Assembly: GCA_002269645.1 (NCBI GenBank)
Contig: NIVC01002515.1
Span: 1 to 64,000, forward strand
Reading direction: 5' to 3'
Source: Macrostomum lignano
Lineage: Eukaryota
Length of the DNA stretch: 64,000 nt
The notes below the pieces were generated by a model. It was not told where the DNA came from. It was given only the letters and a program-made list of their open reading frames with translations, and ran no database searches. A program made the position numbers and the translations under genes. The first letter of the stretch is position 1. The number at the start of each line of letters is the position of its first letter. Positions 1 through 25,389 of the stretch are shown piece by piece.

Positions 1-54
1 GTAAAAATGCAGACTAGTATCGATTAGCTAAACTGGCGCAGATTCCTTAGATTG

Positions 55-541
55 ATAAATGGCGCCAAAAATCTATAGATTGATAGATGGCGCCAAAAAT
101 CTATAGATTGATAGATGGCGCCAAAAATCTATAGATTGATAAATGGCGCCAAAAATCTATAGATTGATAGATGGCGCCAAAAATCTATAGATTGATAAAT
201 GGCGCCAAAATCTATAGATTGATAGATGGCGCCAGATTCGTAGATTGATAAATGGCACAGATTCTAAAATTGAAAAAATGGCGCCAGATTCTTTAGATTG
301 ATAAATTGCGCCTGCAGATTCTATTGATTGATAAATGACGCCAAAAATTCTATAGATTGATAAATGGCGCCAGAATCTATAGATTGAAAAAAATGGCGCC
401 AGATTCTATAGATGATAAATGACGCCAAAAATCTATAGATTGAAAAAATGGCGCCAGAATCTATAGGTTATTAAATGGCGCCAGAATCTATAGATTATTA
501 AATGGCGCCAGAATCTATAGATTATTAAATGGCGCCAGATT
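55..541. repeat. Minisatellite, ~30-bp unit AAATGGCGCCAAAAATCTATAGATTGAT(AG), degenerating 3'
   Basis: Tandem copies read directly from the sequence. Confidence 0.9.
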
Positions 542-1178
542 CTAATCAATGAACCAAAACACAATCATCCAGACCCCTCTGAAACCTGAATGATGAACGC
601 ATTAATCTAATCCATAATGCAATCCAAGTCAATTCCTATTGTGCTTCAACATTTTTCAACCTCGCGTGTAGCCGTGTCCTATTTAGAGGTACTATTTAGA
701 GATTGGCTGGCCCACACACACACACACACCACTGCACACTGGCTCCCACTCTCCCCTTCTCCCCCCTCTCTCTCTCTCTGCTGTCACTAGGATACAAGCC
801 GACCCTCCAGCCAGGGAGGGGTGGATTTTTTCTTCAAGCCAAATTTCTCTTGCAACTATCCGTATGCATATTCCCCGTTTTTAGTATAATAACTAGTTGC
901 TAAGCAACCAGAACGCAGGCAAGGCCAAAAACCGCACGCATTTGACTTGAGAAATTTGCACAGTCATTGAGATACATGTGGTTAGTAAGACTGGAGACTC
1001 GACCAGTAGTTTTCTTAATTGCTTATCTGTCAGAAAACTGCCTTCGCATTCAGTACGGCTAATTATAGCTGAGCACATTTCCAACTTGGCAGGGCGCTGG
1101 CACCCCAACAGTCAATGCTGCACAGATTTGCTGCCGGTGTTTTTGAAGAAGAAAGCAAATTAAGGACGGTCTGATCAG

Positions 1179-11819
<10,641 letters not shown>

Positions 11820-11923
11820 GAGGCTGCCTGTGGAAAAGCCCCGTTACACGCAAAATATGAAAATTTATCTTAGCCAACTGTGTTTTTTCTGTGATGGTTT
11901 GCGGCAGTGATGGCTTGTGTCTC

Positions 11924-12693
<770 letters not shown>

Positions 12694-13482
12694 CCTTTGT
12701 TTATTTATATTGCCAAAATATTTTCTATCACACTAATGCTTTCATCAACGAAAAGAACTCGTTTTTGTAATACGTAATTTCAAGTTCCGCATCCTTCTAC
12801 TTGAGTTGAAATTCTCCTCTTTGAACTGAGCAATATTTTAGTGACGAAATTGATGTGAAAACGAAGAACATAATGCTTTCATCCCGCTATTGTCTTCAGA
12901 TGTACTTTTATGTTCGCACATGAATGCTCCAATGTAAAGTTTAATGTTTTATATTTTTCTGCTTACTTAGGAATACTTGAGCAAGCGTACGACTTTAACG
13001 ATAATATGGGCAGATATTTGGGAAAGAGATAATGTTTCAATATTTTTTATTGTCAGCAATTTTCATCAGTGACCCTTATTGTCAGTAATGATTTGTTTCA
13101 GTAATGTTTCGTGTCGGTAATGATTTGTATTAATAATTAAAAACTTGTAATTTGCACGTAAAAGGTTTTGTTGTGTGAAAAAATGCGCTGCAATTATTTG
13201 ATTATCTCACGATTTTAACGCACTTCCGGATTAAATATTTTGCTACTAAAATTCAAATTCAAATGTAACGTTTTCAAACAACTGCATGGATGCTTCCATA
13301 GACGTAATAATCAGTGAGAAAATGTTGGCTATAGAATACTGGATATTGTGGCGAAATACACTTTCATAACTTTTAATAGTTTTTATATCTTGTTTGTATT
13401 TATTTATTATAGTTGTTATTCATTCGCTTGTCTCACTTTACTACTGCTTACTCGTACAACAACAACCAACAAGAAACAACAA

Positions 13483-13774
<292 letters not shown>

Positions 13775-13777
13775 GCG

Positions 13778-16700
13778 CTAGTTTTGCTTCTGCACGCGGC
13801 TGCTGCTCGGATACCGAAAGAAGATTCCGTCCCAGGCCAATTCCAATTGTTTTCTAAGACGGGGCAAACGAAATCGGCCAGGAATTGGCCAGCGGTTGCC
13901 ATAGTAACTGGCATCGGACGTGGCCACGGTGGCTTTTTTACTCCGCCCAGCCTGCGTCGGCAGCATAGAGTCGAAATCCCAGTACCCTCGACTGTTGCGA
14001 TTCGGGTCGATGAGACCCGCGGCTCCGCCATCTTGGATGCCTCGGATGCTGCTCAGCCATTGCTCCCCGTTGAGAAGTAGGAAAACAGTTAGGATTAGAA
14101 TGAGCAGCAGCATGAGGCCGTTCATCGCAATGAGAAAGGCCAAGTACTTCCACAGAAGATGCGAGTACTCGTCAACTGTAGGGTAGGTGAGTGTTTGTTT
14201 GTCTGATGGGTGTCTGATGGGATGGTTTGTTTGTGTCTGACGGGCGATTGTTGGTTTGTGTCTGATGGTTGTTGGTTTGTGTCTGATGGGCAATTGTTGG
14301 TTTGTGTCTGATGGTTGTTGGTTTGTGTCTGATGGTTGTCTGATGGGCAATTGTTGGTTTGTGTCTGATGGGCGATTGTTGGTTTGTGTCTGATGGGCAA
14401 TTGTTGGTTTGTGTCTGATGGTTGTTGGTTTGTGTCTGATGGGCAATTGTTGGTTTGTGTCTGATGGTTGTTGGTTTGTGTCTGATGGGCAATTGTTGGT
14501 TTGTGTCTGATGGGCGATTGTTGGTTTGTGTCTGATGGGCGATTGTTGGTTTGTGTCTGATGGTTGTCTGATGGGCAATTGTTGGTTTGTGTCTGATGGT
14601 TGTCTGATGGGCGATTGTTGGTTTGTGTCTGATGGGCGATTGTTGGTTTGTGTCTGATGGGCGATTGTTGGTTTGTGTCTGATGGGCGATTGTTGGTTTG
14701 TGTCTGATGGGCAATTGTTGGTTTGTGTCTGATGGGCGATTGTTGGTTTGTGTCTGATGGGCGATTGTTGGTTTGTGTCTGATGGGCGATTGTTGGTTTG
14801 TGTCTGATGGGCAATTGTTGGTTTGTGTCTGATGGGTGTCTGATGGGCGATTGTTGGTTTGTGTCTGATGGGCAATTGTTGGTTTGTGTCTGATGGGCGA
14901 TTGTTGGTTTGTGTCTGATGGTTGTTGGTTTGTGTCTGATGGGCAATTGTTGGTTTGTGTCTGATGGGCGATTGTTGGTTTGTGTCTGATGGGCAATTGT
15001 TGGTTTGTGTCTGATGGGCGATTGTTGGTTTGTGTCTGATGGTTGTTGGTTTGTGTCTGATGGTTGTTGGTTTGTGTCTGATGGTTGTTGGTTTGTATCT
15101 GATGGTTGTTGGTTTGTGTCTGATGGGCGATTGTTGGTTTGTGTCTGATGGTTGTCTGATGGGCAATTGTTGGTTTGTGTCTGATGGTTGTTGGTTTGTG
15201 TCTGATGGGCAATTGTTGGTTTGTGTCTGATGGGCAATTGTTGGTTTGTGTCTGATGGGCGATTGTTGGTTTGTGTCTGATGGGCAATTGTTGGTTTGTG
15301 TCTGATGGGCGATTGTTGGTTTGTGTCTGATGGTTGTTGGTTTGTGTCTGATGGTTGTTGGTTTGTGTCTGATGGTTGTTGGTTTGTGTCTGATGGGCGA
15401 TTGTTGGTTTGTGTCTGATGGGCAATTGTTGGTTTGTGTCTGATGGGCAATTGTTGGTTTGTGTCTGATGGGCGATTGTTGGTTTGTGTCTGATGGGCAA
15501 TTGTTGGTTTGTGTCTGATGGGCAATTGTTGGTTTGTGTCTGATGGGCAATTGTTGGTTTGTGTCTGATGGGCAATTGTTGGTTTGTGTCTGATGGGCGA
15601 TTGTTGGTTTGTGTCTGATGGGCAATTGTTGGTTTGTGTCTGATGGGCGATTGTTGGTTTGTGTCTGATGGTTGTTGGTTTGTGTCTGATGGTTGTTGGT
15701 TTGTGTCTGATGGTTGTTGGTTTGTGTCTGATGGGCGATTGTTGGTTTGTGTCTGATGGGCAATTGTTGGTTTGTGTCTGATGGGCAATTGTTGGTTTGT
15801 GTCTGATGGGCGATTGTTGGTTTGTGTCTGATGGGCAATTGTTGGTTTGTGTCTGATGGGCAATTGTTGGTTTGTGTCTGATGGGCAATTGTTGGTTTGT
15901 GTCTGATGGGCGATGGTTGGTTTGTGTCTGATGGTTGTTGGTTTGTGTCTGATGGTTGTTGGTTTGTGTCTGATGGTTGTTGGTTTGTGTCTGATGGGCG
16001 ATTGTTGGTTTGTGTCTGATGGGCAATTGTTGGTTTGTGTCTGATGGGCGATTGTTGGTTTGTGTCTGATGGTTGTTGGTTTGTGTCTGATGGTTGTTGG
16101 TTTGTGTCTGATGGTTGTTGGTTTGTGTCTGATGGTTGTTGGTTTGTGTCTGATGGTTGTTGGTTTGTGTCTGATGGGCGATTGTTGGTTTGTGTCTGAT
16201 GGGCGATTGTTGGTTTGTGTCTGATGGGCAATTGTTGGTTTGTGTCTGATGGTTGTTGGTTTGTGTCTGATGGGCAATTGTTGGTTTGTGTCTGATGGTT
16301 GTTGGTTTGTGTCTGATGGTTGTTGGTTTGTGTCTGATGGTTGTTGGTTTGTGTCTGATGGGCGATTGTTGGTTTGTGTCTGATGGTTGTCTGATGGGCA
16401 ATTGTTGGTTTGTGTCTGATGGTTGTTGGTTTGTGTCTGATGGGCAATTGTTGGTTTGTGTCTGATGGGCAATTGTTGGTTTGTGTCTGATGGGCGATTG
16501 TTGGTTTGTGTCTGATGGGCAATTGTTGGTTTGTGTCTGATGGGCGATTGTTGGTTTGTGTCTGATGGTTGTTGGTTTGTGTCTGATGGTTGTTGGTTTG
16601 TGTCTGATGGTTGTTGGTTGTGTCTGATGGGCGATTGTTGGTTTGTGTCTGATGGTTGTCTGATGGGCAATTGTTGGTTTGTGTCTGATGGTTGTTGGTT

Positions 16701-17940
16701 TGTGTCTGATGGGCAATTGTTGGTTTGTGTCTGATGGGCAATTGTTGGTTTGTGTCTGATGGGCAATTGTTGGTTTGTGTCTGATGGGCAATTGTTGGTT
16801 TGTGTCTGATGGGCAATTGTTGGTTTGTGTCTGATGGGCAATTGTTGGTTTGTGTCTGATGGGCGATTGTTGGTTTGTGTCTGATGGGCAATTGTTGGTT
16901 TGTGTCTGATGGTTGTTGGTTTGTGTCTGATGGGCGATTGTTGGTTTGTGTCTGATGGTTGTTGGTTTGTGTCTGATGGTTGTTGGTTTGTGTCTGATGG
17001 GCAATTGTTGGTTTGTGTCTGATGGGCGATTGTTGGTTTGTGTCTGATGGGCGATTGTTGGTTTGTGTCTGATGGGCAATTGTTGGTTTGTGTCTGATGG
17101 TTGTTGGTTTGTGTCTGATGGTTGTTGGTTTGTGTCTGATGGGCGATTGTTGGTTTGTGTCTGATGGTTGTTGGTTTGTGTCTGATGGGCAATTGTTGGT
17201 TTGTGTCTGATGGGCGATTGTTGGTTTGTGTCTGATGGGCAATTGTTGGTTTGTGTCTGATGGTTGTTGGTTTGTGTCTGATGGTTGTTGGTTTGTGTCT
17301 GATGGTTGTTGGTTTGTGTCTGATGGGCGATTGTTGGTTTGTGTCTGATGGGCGATTGTTGGTTTGTGTCTGATGGGCAATTGTTGGTTTGTGTCTGATG
17401 GGCGATTGTTGGTTTGTGTCTGATGGGCAATTGTTGGTTTGTGTCTGATGGGCAATTGTTGGTTTGTGTCTGATGGGCGATTGTTGGTTTGTGTCTGATG
17501 GGCAATTGTTGGTTTGTGTCTGATGGGCGATTGTTGGTTTGTGTCTGATGGGCGATTGTTGGTTTGTGTCTGATGGGCAATTGTTGGTTTGTGTCTGATG
17601 GGCAATTGTTGGTTTGTGTCTGATGGTTGTCTGATGGGCGATCAGTTTTGTCAGGGTCAGGGTGTCTGGTAGTGGGTTGTAAAATGTTCGGTTTGTGTCT
17701 GGCACTGCCTGTAATAAAGTGCTCAAACTCACTCACCTCGACTTCTAATCATGGTTTCCCCCAACGTGTTATTGTGGCTGGAGTGGAACGGGAACACCCG
17801 GAACTCCGGCTCGTTGTCTGAAATTTTTGTAACGCCAGAAAATTTTAGTTGTCAATTAATAAACAGGCTACTATTAGTAAAAAGGTTCGTACCGGGACTT
17901 CCAGGCAGCACTGTTACCGTAAAGTAGGCATTCTCTTCTT
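13778..17940 (-). CDS. 3' exons of an unidentified single-pass membrane protein (5' part not resolved)
   Basis: Three minus-strand GT-AG exons, all phase 1: 17940-17893, 17817-17737 and 14175-13778 (stop). They read ..EENAYFTVTVLPGSPDNEPEFRVFPFHSSHNNTLGETMIRSRVDEYSHLLWKYLAFLIAMNGLMLLLILILTVFLLLNGEQW...QKQN*, with a clear hydrophobic TM helix. A further candidate exon at 22002-21950 (KRSRRDNVTENDTVSSC) is phase-compatible but weak. Confidence 0.6.
14200..17638. repeat. 3.4-kb composite minisatellite (25-bp TGTCTGATGGGCAATTGTTGGTTTG, 21-bp TGTCTGATGGTTGTTGGTTTG and shorter variants), intronic
   Basis: Tandem variants read directly; source of the 1200-aa pseudo-ORFs. Confidence 0.97.
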
Positions 17941-18269
17941 CTGAATGCAGCATGGGTTGAAGCAAGCTGTAGTCTCGTTAGTTCAGAAACCGCTATTTTG
18001 TGTGGCCTTAGTTTTATCAAGTTTTTCTTTTCTTTAATTTTGGCTTACGAATTTATAGACGCATCATATTGGCTTAACTTGTTTCACCATAGACAGTTCA
18101 AGGATGTCACAATTTCTTAATTAAATGCATGAATCGTTTTTTAATCAAATCATTTGACTCGAAATGACATATGGACAATATACAACGCTACTCCTAAATA
18201 TTTTTCTGTGTCTATCACTAGCTTTGTCACATAGACTTTCCCTCTGTGTCATACAGTACACAGTTTCTT

Positions 18270-20700
18270 ACTCTGTCACACAGTGTTTCACTCTCTGTGT
18301 CACACAATGTTTCACTCTCTGTGTCACACAGTGTTTCACTCTCTGTGTCACACAGTGTTTCACTCTCTGTGTCACACAATGTTTCACTCTCTGTGTCACA
18401 CAATGTTTCACTCTCTGTGTCACACAGTGTTTCACTCTCTGTGTCACACAGTGTTTCACTCTCTGTGTCACACAGTGTTTCACTCTCTGTGTCACACAGT
18501 GTTTCACTCTCTGTGTCACACAGTGTTTCACTCTCTGTGTCAGACAGTGTTTCACTCTCTGTGTCAGACAGTGTTTCACTCTCTGTGTCACACAATGTTT
18601 CACTCTCTGTGTCACACAGTGTTTCACTCTCTGTGTCACACAGTGTTTCACTCTGCTGTGTCACACAGTGTTTCACTCTCTGTGTCACACAATGTTTCAC
18701 TCTCTGTGTCACACAGTGTTTCACTCTCTGTGTCACACAATGTTTCACTCTCTGTGTCAGACAGTGTTTCACTCTGCTGTGTCACACAGTGTTTCACTCT
18801 CTGTGTCACACAATGTTTCACTCTCTGTGTCACACAGTGTTTCACTCTGCTGTGTCACACAATGTTTCACTCTCTGTGTCACACAGTGTTTCACTCTCTG
18901 TGTCACACAGTGTTTCACTCTCTGTGTCACACAGTGTTTCACTCTCTGTGTCACACAGTGTTTCACTCTCTGTGTCACACAGTGTTTCACTCTCTGTGTC
19001 ACACAGTGTTTCACTCTCTGTGTCACACAGTGTTTCACTCTCTGTGTCACACAGTGTTTCACTCTCTGTGTCAGACAGTGTTTCACTCTCTGTGTCACAC
19101 AATGTTTCACTCTCTGTGTCACACAGTGTTTCACTCTCTGTGTCACACAGTGTTTCACTCTGCTGTGTCACACAGTGTTTCACTCTCTGTGTCACACAAT
19201 GTTTCACTCTCTGTGTCACACAGTGTTTCACTCTCTGTGTCACACAATGTTTCACTCTCTGTGTCAGACAGTGTTTCACTCTGCTGTGTCACACAGTGTT
19301 TCACTCTCTGTGTCACACAATGTTTCACTCTCTGTGTCAGACAGTGTTTCACTCTGCTGTGTCACACAATGTTTCACTCTCTGTGTCACACAGTGTTTCA
19401 CTCTGCTGTGTCACACAGTGTTTCACTCTGCTGTGTCACACAGTGTTTCACTCTCTGTGTCACACAATGTTTCACTCTCTGTGTCACACAGTGTTTCACT
19501 CTCTGTGTCACACAATGTTTCACTCTCTGTGTCAGACAGTGTTTCACTCTGCTGTGTCACACAGTGTTTCACTCTCTGTGTCACACAATGTTTCACTCTC
19601 TGTGTCACACAGTGTTTCACTCTCTGTGTCACACAATGTTTCACTCTCTGTGTCACACAGTGTTTCACTCTCTGTGTCACACAATGTTTCACTCTCTGTG
19701 TCACACAGTGTTTCACTCTGCTGTGTCACACAGTGTTTCACTCTCTGTGTCACACAATGTTTCACTCTCTGTGTCACACAGTGTTTCACTCTCTGTGTCA
19801 CACAATGTTTCACTCTCATTGTCACACAGTGTTTCACTCTCTGTGTCACACAGTGTTTCACTCTCTGTGTCACACAATGTTTCACTCTCTGTGTCAGACA
19901 GTGTTTCACTCTCTGTGTCACACAGTGTTTCACTCTCTGTATCACACAGTGTTTCACTCTCTGTGTCACACAGTGTTTCACTCTCTGTGTCACACAGTGT
20001 TTCACTCTCTGTGTCACACAGTGTTTCACTCTCTGTGTCAGACAGTGTTTCACTCTCTGTGTCACACAGTATTTCACTCTCTGTGTCACACAATGTTTCA
20101 CTCTCTGTGTCACACAATGTTTCACTCTCTGTGTCACACAGTGTTTCACTCTCTGTGTCACACAATGTTTCACTCTCTGTGTCACACAATGTTTCACTCT
20201 CTGTGTCAGACAGTGTTTCACTCTCTGTGTCACACAGTGTTTCACTCTCTGTGTCACACAGTGTTTCACTCTCTGTGTCAAACAGTGTTTCACTCTCTGT
20301 GTCACACAATGTTTCACCCTCTGTGTCAGACAGTGTTTCACTCTGCTGTGTCACACAGTGTTTCACTCTCTGTGTCACACAGTGTTTCACTCTCTGTGTC
20401 AGACAGTGTTTCACTCTCTGTGTCACACAGTGTTTCACTCTCTGTGTCACACAGAGTTTTACTTTCTGTGTCACACAGTGTTTCACTCTCTGTGTCACAC
20501 AGTGTTTCACTCTCTGTGTCAGACAGTGTTTCACTCTCTGTGTCACACAGCCTTTCACTCTGTATTTTCACACAGCCTTTCACTCTATATTCACACAGCC
20601 TTTCACTCTATATTCACACAGCCTTTCACTCTATATTCACACAGCCTTTCACTCTATATTCACACAGCCTTTCACTATATTCACACAGCCTTTCACTCTA
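18270..20700. repeat. Minisatellite, 24-bp unit GTCACACAGTGTTTCACTCTCTGT (25-bp variant), with a divergent tail at 20550-20700
   Basis: Tandem copies read directly. Confidence 0.97.
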
Positions 20701-21521
20701 CAACAGCCATTCCGATCACTCGGACGCATCCACAAATGCTGTCACATTTAAGCAACACAATATGCGGATAAAATCTGAATACAAAATTACAACAATAATT
20801 AGTCAGTTTTCCAGAATCCCGGTGACAACCAGACACCGGAAGTATTATTTATGAGCCGGGTCTGCGTATATTTCTTCCAAATATTGCCCGTTGCCCGGTG
20901 CTTTGTTGCTGCAAAACAGAGGCCCCCCCTTAATCCAGGGCCCGGTTCTCTGAATTAGCAACTAAGTAAACAATTGGTTCCATTCATAGTATTATGTAGT
21001 GTTTTAATATCTTTAAAGACCTTAACCAGGTAAAATTGGGGTGGACGGAGGCGCAAAAACGATAAACACCGACTCCGAGGGGGCATCTTTGCAGAAACTT
21101 TTAAATTTAGCAATTTGAAACTTAATTACATTTTCTACAAACTTGAATGTAACTGTCCGACACAAAAGCTTGCATTTTAGTTTATTTATTCTAACTAGTT
21201 AGTAGACGCGGCTCTAAAATTACCATTGTGTGTTGCTTTTCCTGGAAAAATTTCTTACAAATTTTATGACAGATAAGGCAGCGATACCTGGGGGTTATAC
21301 ACAACACCTTGCAACATCACAAGCGGATGTGCCCGGTGCGCCTGTAGCTCAAACTATTCCTTTCAAGATTAAAACCAATGATTTTAAGCTTCCTTCCTTG
21401 GTCTCTATTTCGAACAGAATGCTTTTATATTTAGAATAAGTTATCTTGGGCCGAAATTACCATTTTTAATTGCAACTGCAGTTCGCGTCAAGAGTGACAG
21501 CTTTGTTAATGACTTGGATTC

Positions 21522-21860
21522 TGTCATCCGCCCCTTCCTCTGTCATCCGCCCCTTCCTCTGTCATCCGCCCCTTCCTCTGTCATCCGCCCCTTCCTCTGT
21601 CATCCACCCCTTCCTCTGTTATCCGCCCCTTCCTCTGTCATCCGCCCCTTCCTCTGTCATCCACCCTTCCTCTGTCATCCGCCCCTTCCTCTGTCATCCA
21701 CCCCTTCCTCTGTCATCCGCCCTTCCTCTGTCATCCGCCCCTTCCTCTGTCATCCACCCCTTCCTCTGTCATCCGCCCTTCCTCTGTCATCCGCCCCTCC
21801 TCTGTCATTCGCCCCTTCCTCTGTCTCACCCTCTCAGGATCCACCCCTTCCTCTGTCTCA
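21522..21860. repeat. Minisatellite, 19-bp unit GTCATCCGCCCCTTCCTCT
   Basis: Tandem copies. Confidence 0.93.
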
Positions 21861-22309
21861 CACCTAACACCCTAAAAGTGTCCGTGACAGCCCAAAAAGT
21901 CATTCCATGCGGATGTCATTCTCACGGAAAAGATTCTAATTTCCATTACCGCAAGAACTCACTGTATCATTCTCCGTCACGTTGTCGCGGCGGGACCTCT
22001 TGCTGTTTTTAATTTTGTCTCTGCACCATGCAATTGCAAGTGATTTTCAACACACTAATCTGCACGCCTCTAATTAAAAGGTATTATTTTAGTTTTTTTT
22101 TCACTCGCCAGAGTGAGCAGTGAGCACGCTATTACTTAAAAAATGTTGAGAACCCCTCTGCTGGCAACTCATTTTTAAGTTATCTATATGCTAAAAGACT
22201 AACCAGGCCCTATGGTGCGAAACTATTTTGCGTTGCATGTTGAATGCCATTTTAGTTTAAAATTAACATTCAATTTTTTCACAGTCTGTTATTGAAATAC
22301 GCTTTTGTT

Positions 22310-22824
22310 GACGCGTTTTTAGCGCGCCACGGTTTCTAGCGCACCCCTTCTAGCGCGCCGTTTCTAGCGCTCCTCGGTTTCTAGCGCGCCACAGTTTCTA
22401 GCGCGCCACAGTTTCTAGCGCGCCACAGATTCTAGCGCGCCACAGTTTCTAGCGCGCCACAGATTCTAGCGCGCTACAGTTTCTAGCGCGCCACAGTTTC
22501 TAGCGCGCCACAGTTTCTAGCGCGCCACAGTTTCTAGCGCGCCACAGTTTCTAGTGCGCCACAGTTTCTAGCGCGCCACAGTTTCTAGTGCGCCACAGTT
22601 TCTAGCGCGCCACGGTTTCTAGCGCGCCATGGTTTCTAGCGCGCGGTTTTTAGCGCGGTTTCTAGCGCGCCGTTTCTAGCGCGCCGTTTCTAGCGCGCCA
22701 TTTCTAGCGCGCCACAGTTTCTAGCGCGCCGTTTCTAGCGCGCCGTTTCTAGCGCGCCGTTTCTAGCGCGCCACAGTTTCTAGTGCGCCACAGTTTCTAG
22801 CGCGCCACGGTTTCTAGCGCGCCG
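22310..22824. repeat. CpG-rich minisatellite, 14-17-bp unit GTTTCTAGCGCGCC(ACA)
   Basis: Tandem copies. Confidence 0.93.
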
Positions 22825-23572
22825 TTACTTGATTTGTTTATCAAAGCTAGTTTCTCCGTAAAAGGAAATCACAAAGTTGAATGGAAGTGCCCAGTGAGGT
22901 AGATTTGCGATGTTATATTGTTAATCCGCAGTGGAAAAAACGAAATTACGAATAGTTTTTTTTTGCTTTTTTCCGGTTTTAATAAACAATTGCTGAGGCA
23001 GTTTGTTAATCTGGGCTAGTTTTACGCGTAAAATGCGTTCAAACCAATGCTAGATGGTTTCCACCGCCGCGAACTAAGATGATTTTTCTATTTCAATCGT
23101 GAATCTTTATGACTGACAACCCCAGAGCCGCAGAGAAGCTTCAGTCAGTCAGTCAAGACAGTGGCAGGACCAAAATTCGAAAAATTTGTATACATGGCCA
23201 AATTTTTGGCTCTCAGCAGCTGCTGCATGCAATTCGAGTGTAATTTGCGTAAACAAGTGTTTTTCCTGTAAAAATGGCTGACTATAGTTAGTTACTTAGC
23301 GCTTGGTTGGCCGTGAATATGTGGGGGTTGCCAAGGTGCTTCGTCTTTGGAAAAAAGGTCTAGCATATGTGACTGTCAGAAGCCATTTCTATAAAGTTGT
23401 AAACTGAACGCAAGATGAGTGGTGGGCGGGACCAGGACCACAGGAAGTTTAGGTTTAGAATAAGCTCAGGGCTCTTCTTTTCATCTCATTTGCGCAGAAA
23501 TTATGTATTCAATATGAAGTTTTAAATTTAAATTTGATTCAAAAAGATGTTTTTTCATTAACTACCACGTAA

Positions 23573-23925
23573 AACACGGGCCAACCATATTCAACCCATG
23601 CTTCTAAGATTGTCTATGGCCATAACCGGGTATGGGGAGAGCAATGAATTTAAGACACGGGGCCAACCATATTCAACCCATGCTTCTAAGATTGTCTATG
23701 GCCATAACCGGGTATGGGAGAGCAATGAATTTAAGACACGGGGCCAACCATATTCAACCCATGCTTCTAAGATTGTCTATGGCCATAACCGGGTATGGGG
23801 AGAGCAATGAATTTAAGACACGGGGCCAACCATATTCAACCCATGCTTCTAAGATTGTCTATGGCCATAACCGGGTATGGGGAGAGCAATGAATTTAAGA
23901 CGCGGGGCCAACCATATTCAACCCT
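23573..23925. repeat. 82-bp tandem repeat, ~4.3 near-identical copies
   Basis: Unit ACACGGGGCCAACCATATTCAACCCATGCTTCTAAG...GCAATGAATTTAAG. Confidence 0.93.
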
Positions 23926-24509
23926 TTCTAGATCTATTGACAGCTAGATCTAGAAATCCATGGTCCATAGCTTAGTATCTATGAGGCCGTTAATGCCCAT
24001 AAAACGTTGTGATAGGCACAGTTAAAATAGTTAAAGTAAACTTACCAACCGTGGAAATCTTTTCAGCAATAAAAAGTAAAAAGAAATTTTCAGGTGCAAC
24101 TACAACAGTATAACTAAGTTTATTAGCGAAGCAGAAAGCAGTAAAAGCTGTATGGGCACAGAACTGCGCACAAGTGACTGACAGTTATTTAGGCAAGTTT
24201 TCACTCAATCGCGACGCAACCATCACCTGCGACTGCGTGTGGGGGCTTTATAGATGAATTTTTACACCAGATGTTGAGATTTATCTTTAAAATAAACAAG
24301 ACACTGTAAAATAAAAATTGACTGCGTAAGTTAGATTTTAGTCATTTTGTTGATTCAATTTTGCGATTAAAAATTTTTGCGTTTCACACTTTCTCGAGTG
24401 AATTGCTTAAGTGCTACGCGTTGCAGGTGTGGACAGTCTTCAAATTTATGCAAACGATATGTATACAAAATAATTTTTTTAACTGAGATCTCTCTGATGG
24501 CATTGGGTC

Positions 24510-25389
24510 AGAGAAGGGATGGGGATGACCCCATGAGAGAGGATGGGGTCAGTGAAGGGGTTGGGATGACCCCATGAGAGAGGATGGGGTCAGTGAAGGG
24601 GGCGGATCCCATCCCTTGAGAGAGGATGGGGTCAGTGAAGGGGGCGGATCCCATCCCTTGAGAGAGGATGGGGTCAGTGAAGGGGTGGATCCCATCTCTT
24701 GAGAGAGGATGGGTCAGTGAAGGGGTGGATCCCATCCCTTGAGAGAGGATGGGTCAGTGAAGGGGGCGGATCCCATCCCTTGAGAGAGGATGGGGTCAGT
24801 GAAGGGGGCGGATCCCATCCCTTGAGAGAGGATGGGGTCAGTGAAGGGGTGGATCCCATCCCTTGAGAGAGGATGGGGTCAGTGAAGGGGGCGGATCCCA
24901 TCCCTTGAGAGAGGATGGGGTCAGTGAAGGGGTGGATCCCATCCCTTGAGAGAGGATGGGGTCAGTGAAAGGGCGGATCCCATCCCTTGAGAGAGGATGG
25001 GGTCAGTGAAGGGGTGGATCCCATCCCTTGAGAGAGGATGGGGTCAGTGAAGGGGGCGGATCCCATCCCTTGAGAGAGGATGGGTCAGTGAAGGGGGCGG
25101 ATCCCATCCCTTGAGAGAGGATGGGGTCAGTGAAGGGGGCGGATCCCATCCCTTGAGAGAGGATGGGGTCAGTGAAGGGGTGGATCCCATCCCTTGAGAG
25201 AGGATGGGGTCAGTGAAGGGGGCGGATCCCATCCCTTGAGAGAGGATGGGGTCAGTGAAGGGGTGGATCCCATCCCTTGAGAGAGGATGGGGTCAGTGAA
25301 GGGGGCGGATCCCATCCCTTGAGAGAGGATGGGGTCAGTGAAGGGGGCGGATCCCATCCCTTGAGAGAGGATGGGGTCAGTGAAGGGGA
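24510..25389. repeat. Minisatellite, 42-bp unit TCAGTGAAGGGGGCGGATCCCATCCCTTGAGAGAGGATGGGG
   Basis: Tandem copies. Confidence 0.95.

Noticed and set aside
13778-17736. Three 1186-1275-aa minus-strand ORFs (PIRHKPTIAHQTQTNN repeats)
   Set aside because: They are translations of a stop-free intronic minisatellite, open in all three frames. Only the final exon (14175-13778) is plausibly coding.
18164-20854. 800-900-aa Cys/His-rich ORFs (TQCFTLCV, CHTVFHSL) resembling metal-binding repeat proteins
   Set aside because: All three frames are open because the 24-bp unit lacks stops; there is no splice or codon evidence.
23573-25389. Regularly spaced repeats superficially like CRISPR arrays
   Set aside because: Head-to-tail units with no unique spacers, no cas genes, and a eukaryotic context.
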